NCBI GenBank assembly: GCA_031372565.1
Contig: JANMLN010000201.1
Location: 22,094 to 86,093, forward strand
Direction: 5' to 3'
Length of the DNA: 64,000 bases
From: Gemmatimonadota bacterium
Lineage (GTDB): Bacteria; Gemmatimonadota; Gemmatimonadetes; Gemmatimonadales; Gemmatimonadaceae
Shown here: one piece after another, positions 40,964 to 50,799 of the stretch
How the letters are laid out: each line of letters begins with the position of its first letter
Numbering within the stretch: position 1 is the first letter of the stretch
Translations under genes and position numbers: made by a program
The notes under the pieces: model-generated
What the model saw: the letters and a program-made list of their open reading frames with translations, nothing else
Told to the model about the DNA's origin: nothing
Databases searched by the model: none

Positions 40964-43101
40964 GTCGCGCGAGTCGCCTGCGGCGCGAGGCGGCCCGCCA
41001 CGATCTCGGCGAGATCCAGTACGTCGGCGCTCGCGCCCTTTGCCGTCACGCCGTCGGCGATCATCGTCATGCAGAACGGGCAGGCCACCGCGATCGTGCT
41101 CGCACCGGTGGCCAGCAACTCTTCCGTCCGCTCGACGTTGATCCGCTTCCCTTCCTTCTCCTCCATCCACATGCGGCCGCCCCCGGCGCCGCAGCAGAGC
41201 CCGCGGTCCTTGGTGCGGGCGGGCTCCACCAGATCGAGGATGGGAAGCGCACGACGCAGTGTCTCGCGCGGCGCGTCGTACACATCGTTGTAGCGGCCGA
41301 GGTAGCACGAGTCGTGGTACGCCACGACCAGGCGCTCGTTGTCCGCTTCATCCATCGGCACGCGCCCCTCCTTGAGCAACCGCTCGAGATACTCGGAGTG
41401 GTGGATCACCTCGTAGGTGCCCCCCCACTGCGGGAACTCGCTGCCGATCTGGTGGAAGCAGTGCGGACAGTGCGTGACGATCGTTGTCACCTTGTAGCCA
41501 TTGAGCGTCTCGACGGCCGCCTTGGCGAGCACCTGGTACAGGTACTCGTTCCCCATGCGCCGCGCCGGATCTCCGTGGCACGCCTCTTCCTGGCCGAGGA
41601 TCGCGAACTTCACGTCGGCTGCCTTGAGGATCCGGGCGAACGCGACCGTGACCTTCTTGGCCCGTTCGTCAAACGAGCCCATGCAGCCGACCCAGAAGAG
41701 GATGTCCGGGGTGTCGTTGCTCGCGGCCAGCTCCGCCATCGTCGGAATCTCGAGCCCCTCGGCCCACCCGGCGCGGTCGCCCGGCGCGAACGACCAGGGA
41801 TTCCCCTTCTGCTCCATGCCCTCGAAGGCCGGCAGCAGTTCCTCGGGAAACCGGGACTCGGTGAGCACGAGATTGCGCCGCATCTCGTTGATGATCTCGA
41901 GCTGATCGATCGAAACCGGACATTCCTGCACGCAGGCGCGGCACGACGTGCACGCCCACAGTTCCTCTTCCGTGATGTAGTGGTCGAGCAGCGACTTGCC
42001 GAGCAGCGCCTCGATCGCCGCATCCGGCGCCTCGGCAACGGCGGTGCCACCGTGCGCGTCGTGATCGCCGCCGCCCGCATGCGGGCCCGCCGCGGCCGCC
42101 TCCTCCCGGGCCACGAGCAACGGTGCCTTCTCGAGGAGCCGCGCGCGCGTGTCGACCACGATCTTCCGCGGGCTCAGCAACTTGCCGGTGAGGTTGGCCG
42201 GACAGGCGGCGGTGCAGCGGCCGCACTCGGTGCAGCTGTACCCGTCGAGCAGGTTCTTCCATGACAGCTGCTCGATGTCCTTGGCGCCGAAGATCTCGAC
42301 CCCCTCCGCCTCCAGGTCCATCGGCTTCATCGCCCCCTTCGTGCCCGGGCCGCTCGTGTTCGAGAAGAAGGTGTTGATGAGCGACGTCAGCACGTGCAGG
42401 TGCTTGGAGTACGGCAGGAAGTTGAGGAAACCCAGAATGAGGAGGGCATGCAGCCACCAGTTCACGGCGAAGCCGGTGAACTGCGCGTCCGCCGAGAGCC
42501 CGCTGAAGGCGTGACCCAGCATGCCGCCGATCGGGTGCAGCCCGGGCTCCATCCCGCGCTGGCGCGCCGACGCGAAGCCGAACATGAGCAGCAACGTGAT
42601 CATCAAGGCCGCGATCACGCCGAGAATGATGACCGCTTCGGCCTGATGCGTCCCGGGGCCCTGAAGCCGCTTGGGCTTGGTGACGACGCGACGCCAGATG
42701 AGCGCCGAGACGGTCGAGAGGACCAGCAGCGCGAACAGCTCTTGCGACAGCGTGTAGACGGCGAAGACCGGTGCCGGCAGGAAGGCATCGTACGAGAAGC
42801 CGTTGAACACGCCTTGCAGCAGGATCTCGATCGTGCCGATGGTGAGCACGAGGAAGCCCCAGAACACGCCGGCGTGGAGCGGTCCCGCGAGCGGGTCGCG
42901 CAGGATCTTGCTCTGCGCAAACCCGATCCAGAGCAGGTTCTTGATCCGCGTCGGCATCTCGGAGATGCGCGACGACTCGGCCCCTTGCCCGAACTGCAGA
43001 TAGCGCGCGAGGCGCTGGGCGTTGAAGGCGAAGAAGCCCGCGGCTGCGAGCAGCACGGCGGCGAACACGACGTTACCGGTCGTCATCTGCTCCACGTGCA
43101 C
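40960..43101 (-). CDS. Membrane Fe-S oxidoreductase, HdrD/FadF-like (probable ETF dehydrogenase)
   Basis: N-terminal TM helices, CTECGRC...CP and CTSCRAC...CP ferredoxin motifs, CCG domains (YHDSCYLGR, CCGAGGG, ACPFC). Confidence 0.9.
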   Translation of the reverse strand: MHVEQMTTGNVVFAAVLLAAAGFFAFNAQRLARYLQFGQGAESSRISEMPTRIKNLLWIGFAQSKILRDPLAGPLHAGVFWGFLVLTIGTIEILLQGVFNGFSYDAFLPAPVFAVYTLSQELFALLVLSTVSALIWRRVVTKPKRLQGPGTHQAEAVIILGVIAALMITLLLMFGFASARQRGMEPGLHPIGGMLGHAFSGLSADAQFTGFAVNWWLHALLILGFLNFLPYSKHLHVLTSLINTFFSNTSGPGTKGAMKPMDLEAEGVEIFGAKDIEQLSWKNLLDGYSCTECGRCTAACPANLTGKLLSPRKIVVDTRARLLEKAPLLVAREEAAAAGPHAGGGDHDAHGGTAVAEAPDAAIEALLGKSLLDHYITEEELWACTSCRACVQECPVSIDQLEIINEMRRNLVLTESRFPEELLPAFEGMEQKGNPWSFAPGDRAGWAEGLEIPTMAELAASNDTPDILFWVGCMGSFDERAKKVTVAFARILKAADVKFAILGQEEACHGDPARRMGNEYLYQVLAKAAVETLNGYKVTTIVTHCPHCFHQIGSEFPQWGGTYEVIHHSEYLERLLKEGRVPMDEADNERLVVAYHDSCYLGRYNDVYDAPRETLRRALPILDLVEPARTKDRGLCCGAGGGRMWMEEKEGKRINVERTEELLATGASTIAVACPFCMTMIADGVTAKGASADVLDLAEIVAGRLAPQATRAT

Positions 43102-43116
43102 GGGCTCCTGTGAAGG

Positions 43117-44097
43117 TCAGCGATTGGCGCGCACAGCCCTGACAGCTTCGGTCAGCTTCGGAACGATCTCGAAGGCATCGCCCACGATGCCGTAGTCGGC
43201 CACCTTGAAAATGGGGGCCTCCTTGTCCTTGTTGATCGCCACGATGGTCTTCGACGTGCGCATGCCGGCCAAGTGCTGGATGGCGCCGCTCACGCCGACG
43301 GCAATGTACAGATCGGGGCTCACCAGGCGACCGGTCTGGCCGATCTGGTCCGAATGCGGCCGCCAGCCGTCGTCCGTGACCGCGCGCGTTGCGCCCACGG
43401 CGGCGTTGCCGAACGCCTCGGCCAGCTCCTCGACCAACTTGAAGTTCTCGGCTGCCTTGAGGCCGCGACCGCCGGTCACGATGATCGGCGCCTCGCCCAG
43501 GTCGAGCTTGGCCGTGTTGCCACTCGTGAGACCCGTGGTCTTCACGCGCGACGCGGCGGGATCCGCCACCGGCGCGAGCATGGTCACCGTGGCGGCGGTT
43601 GCCGCCGGCACCGGCGTGAACGCACCGGGCCGCACCGACACCACGGCCGGATTCGCCGTGAGCGTGATGATCGACACGACCTTGCCGGTGTTCACCGGAT
43701 GCGACGCGACGATCGCATCACCCTCCATCCGCGCTGCGGTCACATCGGCGGCCATGCCGACGCCGAGCTTGGCCGCCACGCGCGGCGCGAGGTCCTTGCC
43801 ATGTGCGCTCGCGGACAGCACCACGCCGCGATAGCCGCCCGCCTTCACCTGCGCCGCAATCGCCGCGCTGGCCGCCTCGGGGTTGTGGTGCGCGAGCGCG
43901 TCGTGCTCGACCACGAACACCGTCGAGGCGCCGCACTCGCCGAGCGCTGCGGCCTTGGCCGAAATGCCGGGCCCGCCCAACACGATCGCATGGACATCAC
44001 CGCTGCCGGCGAGGGCCTTCGCTGCCGTGATCGCCTCGTGCGCCACCTTGCGGAGCTCGCCGTTGCGAGCCTCCGCGACTGCCAGGAAGTTCGCCAT
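43117..44097 (-). CDS. etfA: Electron transfer flavoprotein alpha subunit
   Basis: GGRG, VGATR, QIGQTG, LYIAVGVSGAIQHLAGM, AINKD.EAPIF..ADYG. Confidence 0.95.
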   Translation of the reverse strand: MANFLAVAEARNGELRKVAHEAITAAKALAGSGDVHAIVLGGPGISAKAAALGECGASTVFVVEHDALAHHNPEAASAAIAAQVKAGGYRGVVLSASAHGKDLAPRVAAKLGVGMAADVTAARMEGDAIVASHPVNTGKVVSIITLTANPAVVSVRPGAFTPVPAATAATVTMLAPVADPAASRVKTTGLTSGNTAKLDLGEAPIIVTGGRGLKAAENFKLVEELAEAFGNAAVGATRAVTDDGWRPHSDQIGQTGRLVSPDLYIAVGVSGAIQHLAGMRTSKTIVAINKDKEAPIFKVADYGIVGDAFEIVPKLTEAVRAVRANR

Positions 44098-44099
44098 GA

Positions 44100-44855
<756 letters not shown>

Positions 44856-44952
44856 CGCGCTGACTCCAGGCAAATTTGTTGTCGAAGAGGAACGGGCAAA
44901 AGCTAGTCGCCCGCACCGGAACCGCATACCACGAACGACCGAGGATTGGACC

Positions 44953-45741
44953 ATGGTTCCGAGTGCCGCCGAGCGTCCGTTTGCCGTGATCACGGGCGCC
45001 TCTGCGGGGCTGGGCAAGGTGTTCGCGCAGAGGCTCGCCGCGAAGGGCTATGACCTCGCGCTGGTGGCCCGGGACGGGGCGCGCCTGACGGCGCTTGGCG
45101 CGGAGCTGACCGCCGCGCACGGCGTACGGGTCGAGACGTGGCCCGCCGACTTGGGGCGCACCGACGCTGTGGACGCCCTCGTGGCGCAACTCAGGGCAGC
45201 CCCCCGCGTGGACCTGCTGGTCAACAATGCCGGCTTCGGCACCCAGGGCGCGCTCGCCAAGGCGGACCCGGCGGGTCAGGAGCAGATGATCGCGGTCCAC
45301 GTCGTGGCCACCAACCGGCTGACGCAGGCTGCCCTCCCCGGCATGCTGGCCCGGAGGACCGGCGCGATCATCAATGTGGCGTCCGTGGCCAGCTTCACCG
45401 CGTCGGAAGGGAACGTCAACTACTGCGCCACCAAGGCCTACCTGCGCGTCTTCTCGGAGGCATTGGCGCTCGAGTGCGTCGGGCGCGGCGTCACCGTCCA
45501 GGCGCTCTGCCCCGGCTTCACCTACACGGAGTTTCACGATCGGCTGGGCTTCGATCGGGGCAACGTGCCCACGTGGCTGTGGATGAGCGCCGAGCGGGTG
45601 ATCGACGATTCGTTGGCGGCCGTGGCGGCGCGCGGGCCGGTGGTGGTGGTACCCGGCAAGCGATACAAGCTGATCGTGTGGCTGCTCCGGTACTTCGCCT
45701 GGGTGCTGGCGCCGCTCAAGGGCCGGCATCGCCGCGACTGA
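44953..45741 (+). CDS. Short-chain dehydrogenase/reductase
   Basis: TGASAGLG, LVNNAG, YCATK (YxxxK), CPG.T.TEF. Confidence 0.93.
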   Translation: MVPSAAERPFAVITGASAGLGKVFAQRLAAKGYDLALVARDGARLTALGAELTAAHGVRVETWPADLGRTDAVDALVAQLRAAPRVDLLVNNAGFGTQGALAKADPAGQEQMIAVHVVATNRLTQAALPGMLARRTGAIINVASVASFTASEGNVNYCATKAYLRVFSEALALECVGRGVTVQALCPGFTYTEFHDRLGFDRGNVPTWLWMSAERVIDDSLAAVAARGPVVVVPGKRYKLIVWLLRYFAWVLAPLKGRHRRD

Positions 45742-45749
45742 CGCCCCCC

Positions 45750-45815
45750 GTCGTCCTGAGCGCAGCGAAGGACCTGCTTCTCGCTGTCGTCCTGAGCGAA
45801 GCGAAGGACCTGCTT
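45750..45815 (+). repeat. Two tandem copies of a 30-bp REP-like element (45750-45779, 45786-45815)
   Basis: GTCGTCCTGAGCG(C/A)AGCGAAGGACCTGCTT. Confidence 0.9.
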
Positions 45816-45835
45816 TCTCCCCTCCTTCTCCCCCC

Positions 45836-46255
45836 TCACGGCACCAGCGTCAACACCCGCCCCTTCCGGTCCCGCACCGCCCCGAAGTGCCGCCGGTCCG
45901 TCGTGAGGATCGCGCGCGCGCCGAGCCGCTCCGCCATCGCGAGCACGCACGCGTCCACGTAGCCAAGCGGATGGTCCACGTACTTGCGCATGATGTCGAC
46001 GCATCGAAACCGGTCGCTGTCCGTGAGTGCTTCCACCACGAAGTCGTTGCGCCGTATCCCCTGCACAAAGTCGATCTCGGCCAGCGGACTCACACGCGTC
46101 TGCAGGAGGTAGCACAGCTCCGGCAGCACCGCATCGCAGATGACCACGTCGGCCCCGTGGTGCATCCACCAGGCGAGCACGCGCTCGTGCCAGACGTCCG
46201 ACGCGTTGACCAGGGCGAACAGCGGCCCCGTATCGGCGACGACGATCCGGCTCAC
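45836..46255 (-). CDS. vapC: PIN-domain toxin (VapC-like)
   Basis: VADTG.L.A, E, LGYVDA, ILTTDRRHF; ATGA overlap with antitoxin. Confidence 0.9.
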   Translation of the reverse strand: MSRIVVADTGPLFALVNASDVWHERVLAWWMHHGADVVICDAVLPELCYLLQTRVSPLAEIDFVQGIRRNDFVVEALTDSDRFRCVDIMRKYVDHPLGYVDACVLAMAERLGARAILTTDRRHFGAVRDRKGRVLTLVP

Positions 46256-46479
46256 TCGTGCGGATGCGCCCAGAGCAGTTCGTCGACGCGCTCCGAGACG
46301 TCCGTCTCACCCGTGCGGTACTTGCCGGCGATGCTCGGAACGGCCGACGGTGCGGCCCGCAGCACATAGGCCGCCGCAGCCTCCCGCACCACCTGCGCGA
46401 CGCTGACCCGCCGCTGCTTGGCCACGCGCGCGAGCGCGGCGAGGAGCGCTTCGTCGAGGAAGAGAGAGGTTCGCTTCAT
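46252..46479 (-). CDS. vapB: Ribbon-helix-helix (CopG-like) antitoxin
   Basis: MKRTSLFLDE.LL..L...AK....S.A.VVREA...Y; C-terminal DVSERVDELL; directly upstream of the PIN gene. Confidence 0.85.
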   Translation of the reverse strand: MKRTSLFLDEALLAALARVAKQRRVSVAQVVREAAAAYVLRAAPSAVPSIAGKYRTGETDVSERVDELLWAHPHE

Positions 46480-46481
46480 AT

Positions 46482-46516
46482 GCATACATCATATAGTGCA
46501 TGTATGCCTGTGTCCA
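46482..46516 (-). promoter_or_regulatory. Sigma70-like promoter TGGACA-17-TATGAT overlapped by inverted repeat GCATACAT-N10-ATGTATGC
   Basis: -35 at 46511-46516, -10 at 46488-46493, ATG 8 nt downstream. Confidence 0.7.
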
Positions 46517-46555
46517 GTCGTGCCGAAGACGGGGCCGGCCCTGCAGCCGGGGCGC

Positions 46556-46595
46556 AAAAAGGGACCGACCTCTCGGGTGGAGAGGCCGGTCCCTT
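46556..46595 (-). terminator. Rho-independent terminator of the acyl-CoA dehydrogenase gene
   Basis: Stem GGGACCGGCCTCTC/GAGAGGTCGGTCCC followed by TTTTT on the minus strand. Confidence 0.8.
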
Positions 46596-46616
46596 GGCGT
46601 ATCAGAGCGAGGGGAC

Positions 46617-46646
46617 AAGCAGGTCCTTCGCTTCGCTCAGGACGAC
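46617..46646 (-). repeat. 30-bp REP-like element, copy 3
   Basis: Exact reverse complement of 45786-45815. Confidence 0.9.
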
Positions 46647-46649
46647 AGG

Positions 46650-47879
46650 CTAAAAGGCGTTCAACCCCGTAATCGCCTGCCCGATGATGAGCGAGTGGAT
46701 ATCGTGCGTCCCCTCGTACGTGTAGACGCTCTCGAGGTTGGCCATGTGGCGCATGCTCGCGTACTCGGCGAGGATGCCGTTGCCGCCCAGCAGCCGTCGC
46801 GCCTCGCGCGCGATGTTCGTCGCCACGTTCACGTTGTTCCGCTTGATGATCGAGACCTGCACCGGGCTGAACGTGCCCGCGTCCTTCATGCGTCCCACGT
46901 GCAGCGCCATCAGCTGCCCCTTCACGATCTCGGTGAGCATGTCGGCCAGGCGCACCTGCTGGATCTGCGTCCCGCCGATCGGGCCGTTGAACATCACGCG
47001 CTGCTTGCTGTAGCTGACCGCTTCCTCGTAGCAGGCGAGCGCCGCACCCATGACCCCCCACGAAATGCCGTAGCGCGCCTGGGTCAGGCACATGAGCGGA
47101 CTCTTGATGCCGCCACTCTTCGGGAGGATGGCATCGGCGGGCACCTTCACATCCACGAGCACGAGCTCGCTCGTGTCGCTCGCCCGCAACGAGAGCTTGC
47201 CCTTCTGGTCCTTGGCCGAGAACCCGGGGGTGTCGGTCGGCACGAGGAAGCCGCGAATCGACTTGTCGCTCTGGTCGTCGCCGGTCTTGGCCCAGATCAC
47301 CGCAACCTGCGCATTGGAACCGTTGGTGATCCACATCTTGGCGCCGTTGATCACCCACGACCCGTCGGCCTGCTGCTTGGCCCGGGTGATCATCCCGCTC
47401 GGATTCGATCCGTAGTCCGGTTCGGTGAGACCGAAGCAACCGATCACCTCGCCCTTGGCCATCTTCGGGAGCCAGTAGTGCTTCTGCTCCTCGGAGCCGA
47501 AGGCGAAGATCGGGTACATCACCAGCGAGCCTTGCACCGACGCCATCGAGCGAAGTCCGGAATCGCCGCGCTCGAGCTCCTGCATGATCAGCCCGTACGA
47601 CACGCTCGACAGCCCGGCGCAGCCGTACTCCTCCGGCAGGTTGGCACCGAACATGCCAAGCTCGGCCATCTCGGGGATCAGCTCGCGAGGCGAGCGCCCG
47701 TCGACGTAGGCCTGGCCGATGATCGGCAGGACGCGGTCCGTCACCCAGCGGCGCACGTTGTCGCGAATCGAGCGCTCTTCTTCGGTGAGTGCCGCATCGA
47801 TGCCGAAGAGGTCATCCGCGCGGGGCCTCAGCTCGGGCGAGGCAAGATGGAGATCGGTGTCGGTGGCGGAGGCGGCCAT
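46650..47879 (-). CDS. Acyl-CoA dehydrogenase (glutaryl-CoA dehydrogenase-like)
   Basis: ELERGDSGLRS..SVQ.SL.MYPI, GCFGLTEPD.GS.P.GM, G.KMWITN, NLESV.TYEGTHDIH. Confidence 0.93.
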   Translation of the reverse strand: MAASATDTDLHLASPELRPRADDLFGIDAALTEEERSIRDNVRRWVTDRVLPIIGQAYVDGRSPRELIPEMAELGMFGANLPEEYGCAGLSSVSYGLIMQELERGDSGLRSMASVQGSLVMYPIFAFGSEEQKHYWLPKMAKGEVIGCFGLTEPDYGSNPSGMITRAKQQADGSWVINGAKMWITNGSNAQVAVIWAKTGDDQSDKSIRGFLVPTDTPGFSAKDQKGKLSLRASDTSELVLVDVKVPADAILPKSGGIKSPLMCLTQARYGISWGVMGAALACYEEAVSYSKQRVMFNGPIGGTQIQQVRLADMLTEIVKGQLMALHVGRMKDAGTFSPVQVSIIKRNNVNVATNIAREARRLLGGNGILAEYASMRHMANLESVYTYEGTHDIHSLIIGQAITGLNAF

Positions 47880-48036
47880 GGGGCGCTCGTGGCTGGCGTC
47901 TGGTGGGGCGAGTCGGCTCGTCGGCGGGGCCGGCGGCAGGGGGAAAGATAGCGAGGGTGTGGTTGGGCGCGCAGGGAATGGGGTGCGTTGATCCCCAGTG
48001 TGAGCGTTGCTAGGCGTGTGCTTGTTCCCGGATGAG

Positions 48037-48066
48037 AAGCGGATCCTTCGCTTCGCTCAGGATGAC
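48037..48066 (-). repeat. 30-bp REP-like element, copy 4 (variant)
   Basis: Minus strand GTCATCCTGAGCGAAGCGAAGGATCCGCTT. Confidence 0.88.
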
Positions 48067-48079
48067 ATTCGCTGCGACA

Positions 48080-48898
48080 CTAGACGGCGCGCCGAGCCGC
48101 CGGCGTGATGCCCAGCTCCCGCGCCTTGCGCCGGAAGGCGCGTCCGTGATCGACCGGCAGTCCCGCCTCGTCCTGCCACTGGTGCACCATCTCGTGCAGA
48201 AGCGTCTCGGCTGTCTGCTGCCAGCCGTGGCGACGGAGATGACGGCGCGAGATCGCGATCTGGCCCGGTACGCCGTCGCGGGCAAGGGCGTAGTGTCCGA
48301 GGCGTGTCAGCATGCGACGAGAGACCACCACCTCGACGGGCGAGAGCTGCCCGCCGAATCGCTCCTCGTTGAGCGAGCGATGGAGCGCGGCGAGGCGCTC
48401 GGCGATCGCGCGATCTTCGGGACTGGTACTGAGCCGTCGCGGTGGGCGTGGCGCGCGGTCGGGCAGGTCATAGCCGCGCAGCAGGCGCACGGCGGCGGTG
48501 CGATCCGACGCACGACGTGCCGTGACGAACTGCACGATGGCGCGGAGAATCTCGGGCGGCGCGAGCGCGAAGCCATCGTGCACGCGCAGCTCGGTCCCCT
48601 TCCACGACACCATGACCGTACGATTGCGGGTCAGGCGGAGCGAGGTGATCGTGGTGAGGCCGAGCGCGCGCAGCTCGGCGAGAAGGGTGGCGGCGTCGCG
48701 GCGGGGGGCGGGGGCAAGCAGGTCCTTCGCTTCGCTCAGGACGACAAGATCGAGCCCGATCTGCGCGTCAGCATCGACACTGTGGGGCTTGGACGGCGCG
48801 CGCGGGCGCGACCTAGGCGCGGTCCGCGGCGGCACCGGTGCCGGCAGCGTTCCACCGGCGAACAGGTCGCCGAGAAAATCGGTCAGCGCGGAAAGCAT
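48080..48898 (-). CDS. SprT-like zinc metalloprotease
   Basis: LN...F.G.L, RLG, ETLLHEMVH, HG..F...A. Confidence 0.85.
   Translation of the reverse strand: MLSALTDFLGDLFAGGTLPAPVPPRTAPRSRPRAPSKPHSVDADAQIGLDLVVLSEAKDLLAPAPRRDAATLLAELRALGLTTITSLRLTRNRTVMVSWKGTELRVHDGFALAPPEILRAIVQFVTARRASDRTAAVRLLRGYDLPDRAPRPPRRLSTSPEDRAIAERLAALHRSLNEERFGGQLSPVEVVVSRRMLTRLGHYALARDGVPGQIAISRRHLRRHGWQQTAETLLHEMVHQWQDEAGLPVDHGRAFRRKARELGITPAARRAV
48716..48745 (-). repeat. 30-bp REP-like element, copy 5, in-frame within the SprT-like CDS (VVLSEAKDLL)
   Basis: Identical to copy 3. Confidence 0.9.
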
Positions 48899-49704
48899 CG
48901 CCGCTGTGTGGTGCCGAAGCCGAGCGATGCGTGCGACCAGCCGAGCGTGTCGACCGCGATCTCGCGGTCGCTGACCTCGATGACGTTCACGGCCGACGGG
49001 CGGCCCCCGCGCGAACGGTCGGACAGCGTGCCGGCGGTGGAGACGATCGTCCCCGAGTCGGCGTGTTCGACGAAGTGGATGGCCTCCTGATGGTCGTGCC
49101 CGCAGCAGACCAGATGGGCGCCGGTGCGCGCGATCGCGCGCATGATCTGCGACGGGCGCTTGAGACCATACCGGCGCGAGAGCTCCCCGCGCACGGGGTT
49201 GTGGTGCAGCACCAGCACCTTGAGGTCACCGGCGGGCGCGGCGGCAAAGCGGGCGGCCGCGGCGTCCAGCTGCGCGGCGCGCAGGTCGCCGATGACGGAG
49301 AGATCCCGCATGTTCCAGGTCAGCGTGCGCGGCGTGATGCCGTGTGACGTATTGAGCCCGACCATCGTGACACCGGGTCGCTGCAGCACTGGCTCGATCG
49401 GGCGGAGCAGGTAGCGATGCCACGCCGCGAAGAGGTTCGCCTCGCGTCCCACGCGCATCGGGGCCAGCCACCACCGCACGTCGTGATTGCCGGGCACGAC
49501 GATGGTCGGGGCGTGTTGCTCGACCGCGCGCAGGAACACCGCGGCGCGCTGGAACTCGCCCGCGCGGGCACGCTGGGTGAGGTCACCCGACACGATGACG
49601 GCCGCAAACGGTCGCTCCGCCACCAGCCGCTCAATCGCATCCACGTGCGCGGGGACGGCATGGCGACCAAAGTGCAGATCGCTGACGTGCAGCAGCGCGG
49701 TCAG
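48883..49704 (-). CDS. Calcineurin-like metallophosphoesterase (CpdA/Icc-like); probable CTG start
   Basis: LLHVSDLHFG lies upstream of the track's GTG; SGDLTQR, VPGNHD, LHH, GHDH. Confidence 0.88.
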   Translation of the reverse strand: MTALLHVSDLHFGRHAVPAHVDAIERLVAERPFAAVIVSGDLTQRARAGEFQRAAVFLRAVEQHAPTIVVPGNHDVRWWLAPMRVGREANLFAAWHRYLLRPIEPVLQRPGVTMVGLNTSHGITPRTLTWNMRDLSVIGDLRAAQLDAAAARFAAAPAGDLKVLVLHHNPVRGELSRRYGLKRPSQIMRAIARTGAHLVCCGHDHQEAIHFVEHADSGTIVSTAGTLSDRSRGGRPSAVNVIEVSDREIAVDTLGWSHASLGFGTTQRRCFPR

Positions 49705-50414
49705 GGGGCCGCGACCAGGTCGGCCACGCGCTCAGCGAGACTCGCGGCGAGGGCGGGACTGAAGCTGGCCGCGGGATCGCTCGTCACCGCGCCCATCCAC
49801 ACGAGGGATGCCCCGCGCGCGTCGATGAGCGCGAGCTTGAGGACCGCGCGTCCGGCCCCCTTCGGGCCCGCGAACAGCACCTCGTAGGGAATCAGCACGT
49901 AGCGAGATTCGGTGCCCACCGCGATCAGGCTGCGCATGTTGCCGGCGAGCGGCTCCGGCAGCTGTTGCCGCACATCGAGACGCGGATCGCGCAGCGGCGC
50001 CGACGCGACGTCGAACACATCGATGCCATACGGTCCGTTGGCCTTCATGCGCCGCGCCAACACCTTGGGCCCCTGCCACTGCTTCGCGGTGCGCCGCGCC
50101 GTGAGCGCGAACTCGATCTCGTCGTCCAACCGCGCGAGGAAGGCCGTCGGATCGCCAGCCTTGCCCACGAAGCCCAGCGAGTCGGCGGGGTTGAGGTACT
50201 GGGCCGGAAGCACGGCGAGCGGGCGCGACGCGAACGGGCCAAGCGGCCGGCCGTTGTCGATGGCGGCGGTGTCCCCCGGAGCGGCGGCGGGGTTGAGCGG
50301 CCGCTGTGCGGCGGCGGGCGGCTTGGACGCGCATCCCGCGATGGCCACACTCGCGAGGAGTGCGACGCACCGTGCTGCATGGCGTGAACCGGGCGAGCCG
50401 GACAGAGAGGGCAC
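49701..50414 (-). CDS. Hypothetical lipoprotein
   Basis: Lipobox IAGC; TATCTT hexamer 6 nt upstream of the GTG. Confidence 0.7.
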   Translation of the reverse strand: MPSLSGSPGSRHAARCVALLASVAIAGCASKPPAAAQRPLNPAAAPGDTAAIDNGRPLGPFASRPLAVLPAQYLNPADSLGFVGKAGDPTAFLARLDDEIEFALTARRTAKQWQGPKVLARRMKANGPYGIDVFDVASAPLRDPRLDVRQQLPEPLAGNMRSLIAVGTESRYVLIPYEVLFAGPKGAGRAVLKLALIDARGASLVWMGAVTSDPAASFSPALAASLAERVADLVAAP

Positions 50415-50454
50415 GGGCGAAAGATAGCGGGGGCGCGAGCGACGGCTACGTTAC

Positions 50455-50799
50455 CAGCGTGCTGAAAAAGTACGGTGAGACGATGAGACGGCCTGACGCA
50501 GCGACGAGCCGGTGAGCGTCCCACCGTCGGAGGACCGTCGGTGCTGCCGTGCGGAGGCCGGCGGGACACGCGTCCGTGGCGCGCCCTCACCCGGTCGGCA
50601 CCAAGCGGCGGAGCCGGATCAGATTCTAGGCGGCGCTCGTGAAGCCGAAGATGAAGCTCACCGTCTCGCGGCCCCGGTGGTGGAGTTTGCGCAGTGGCCC
50701 CACGCACGTCGCCCAGCCGAAGGCCTGCTCCACGAGCTTCCGCTTCCATTGACTGACCGCGTAGCCCGGGTGCCGCGTCGTCCGTCCATCGACGCGCGA
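50455..50799 (-). mobile_element. Remnant of an IS5-like insertion sequence (3' end of transposase plus probable terminal repeat)
   Basis: Transposase-like C-terminal peptide plus CAGCGTGCTGAAAAAG at 50455-50470, resembling ends of this IS group (recalled, not searched). Confidence 0.65.
50587..50799 (-). pseudogene. Truncated DDE transposase fragment with internal stop
   Basis: SRVDGRTTRHPGYAVSQWKRKLVEQAFGW...LRKLHHRG...FTSAA*NLIRLRRL; TAG at 50626-50628 replaces the Tyr of AAYNL. Confidence 0.8.

Noticed and set aside
45750..45815. Possible CRISPR array (30-bp direct repeats)
   Set aside because: Only two adjacent copies with a 6-nt gap, other copies dispersed and inverted, and no cas genes
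48010..48285. Short ORFs containing VILSEAKDP, SFASLR or VLRFAQD peptides
   Set aside because: Translations of the non-coding repeat, not genes
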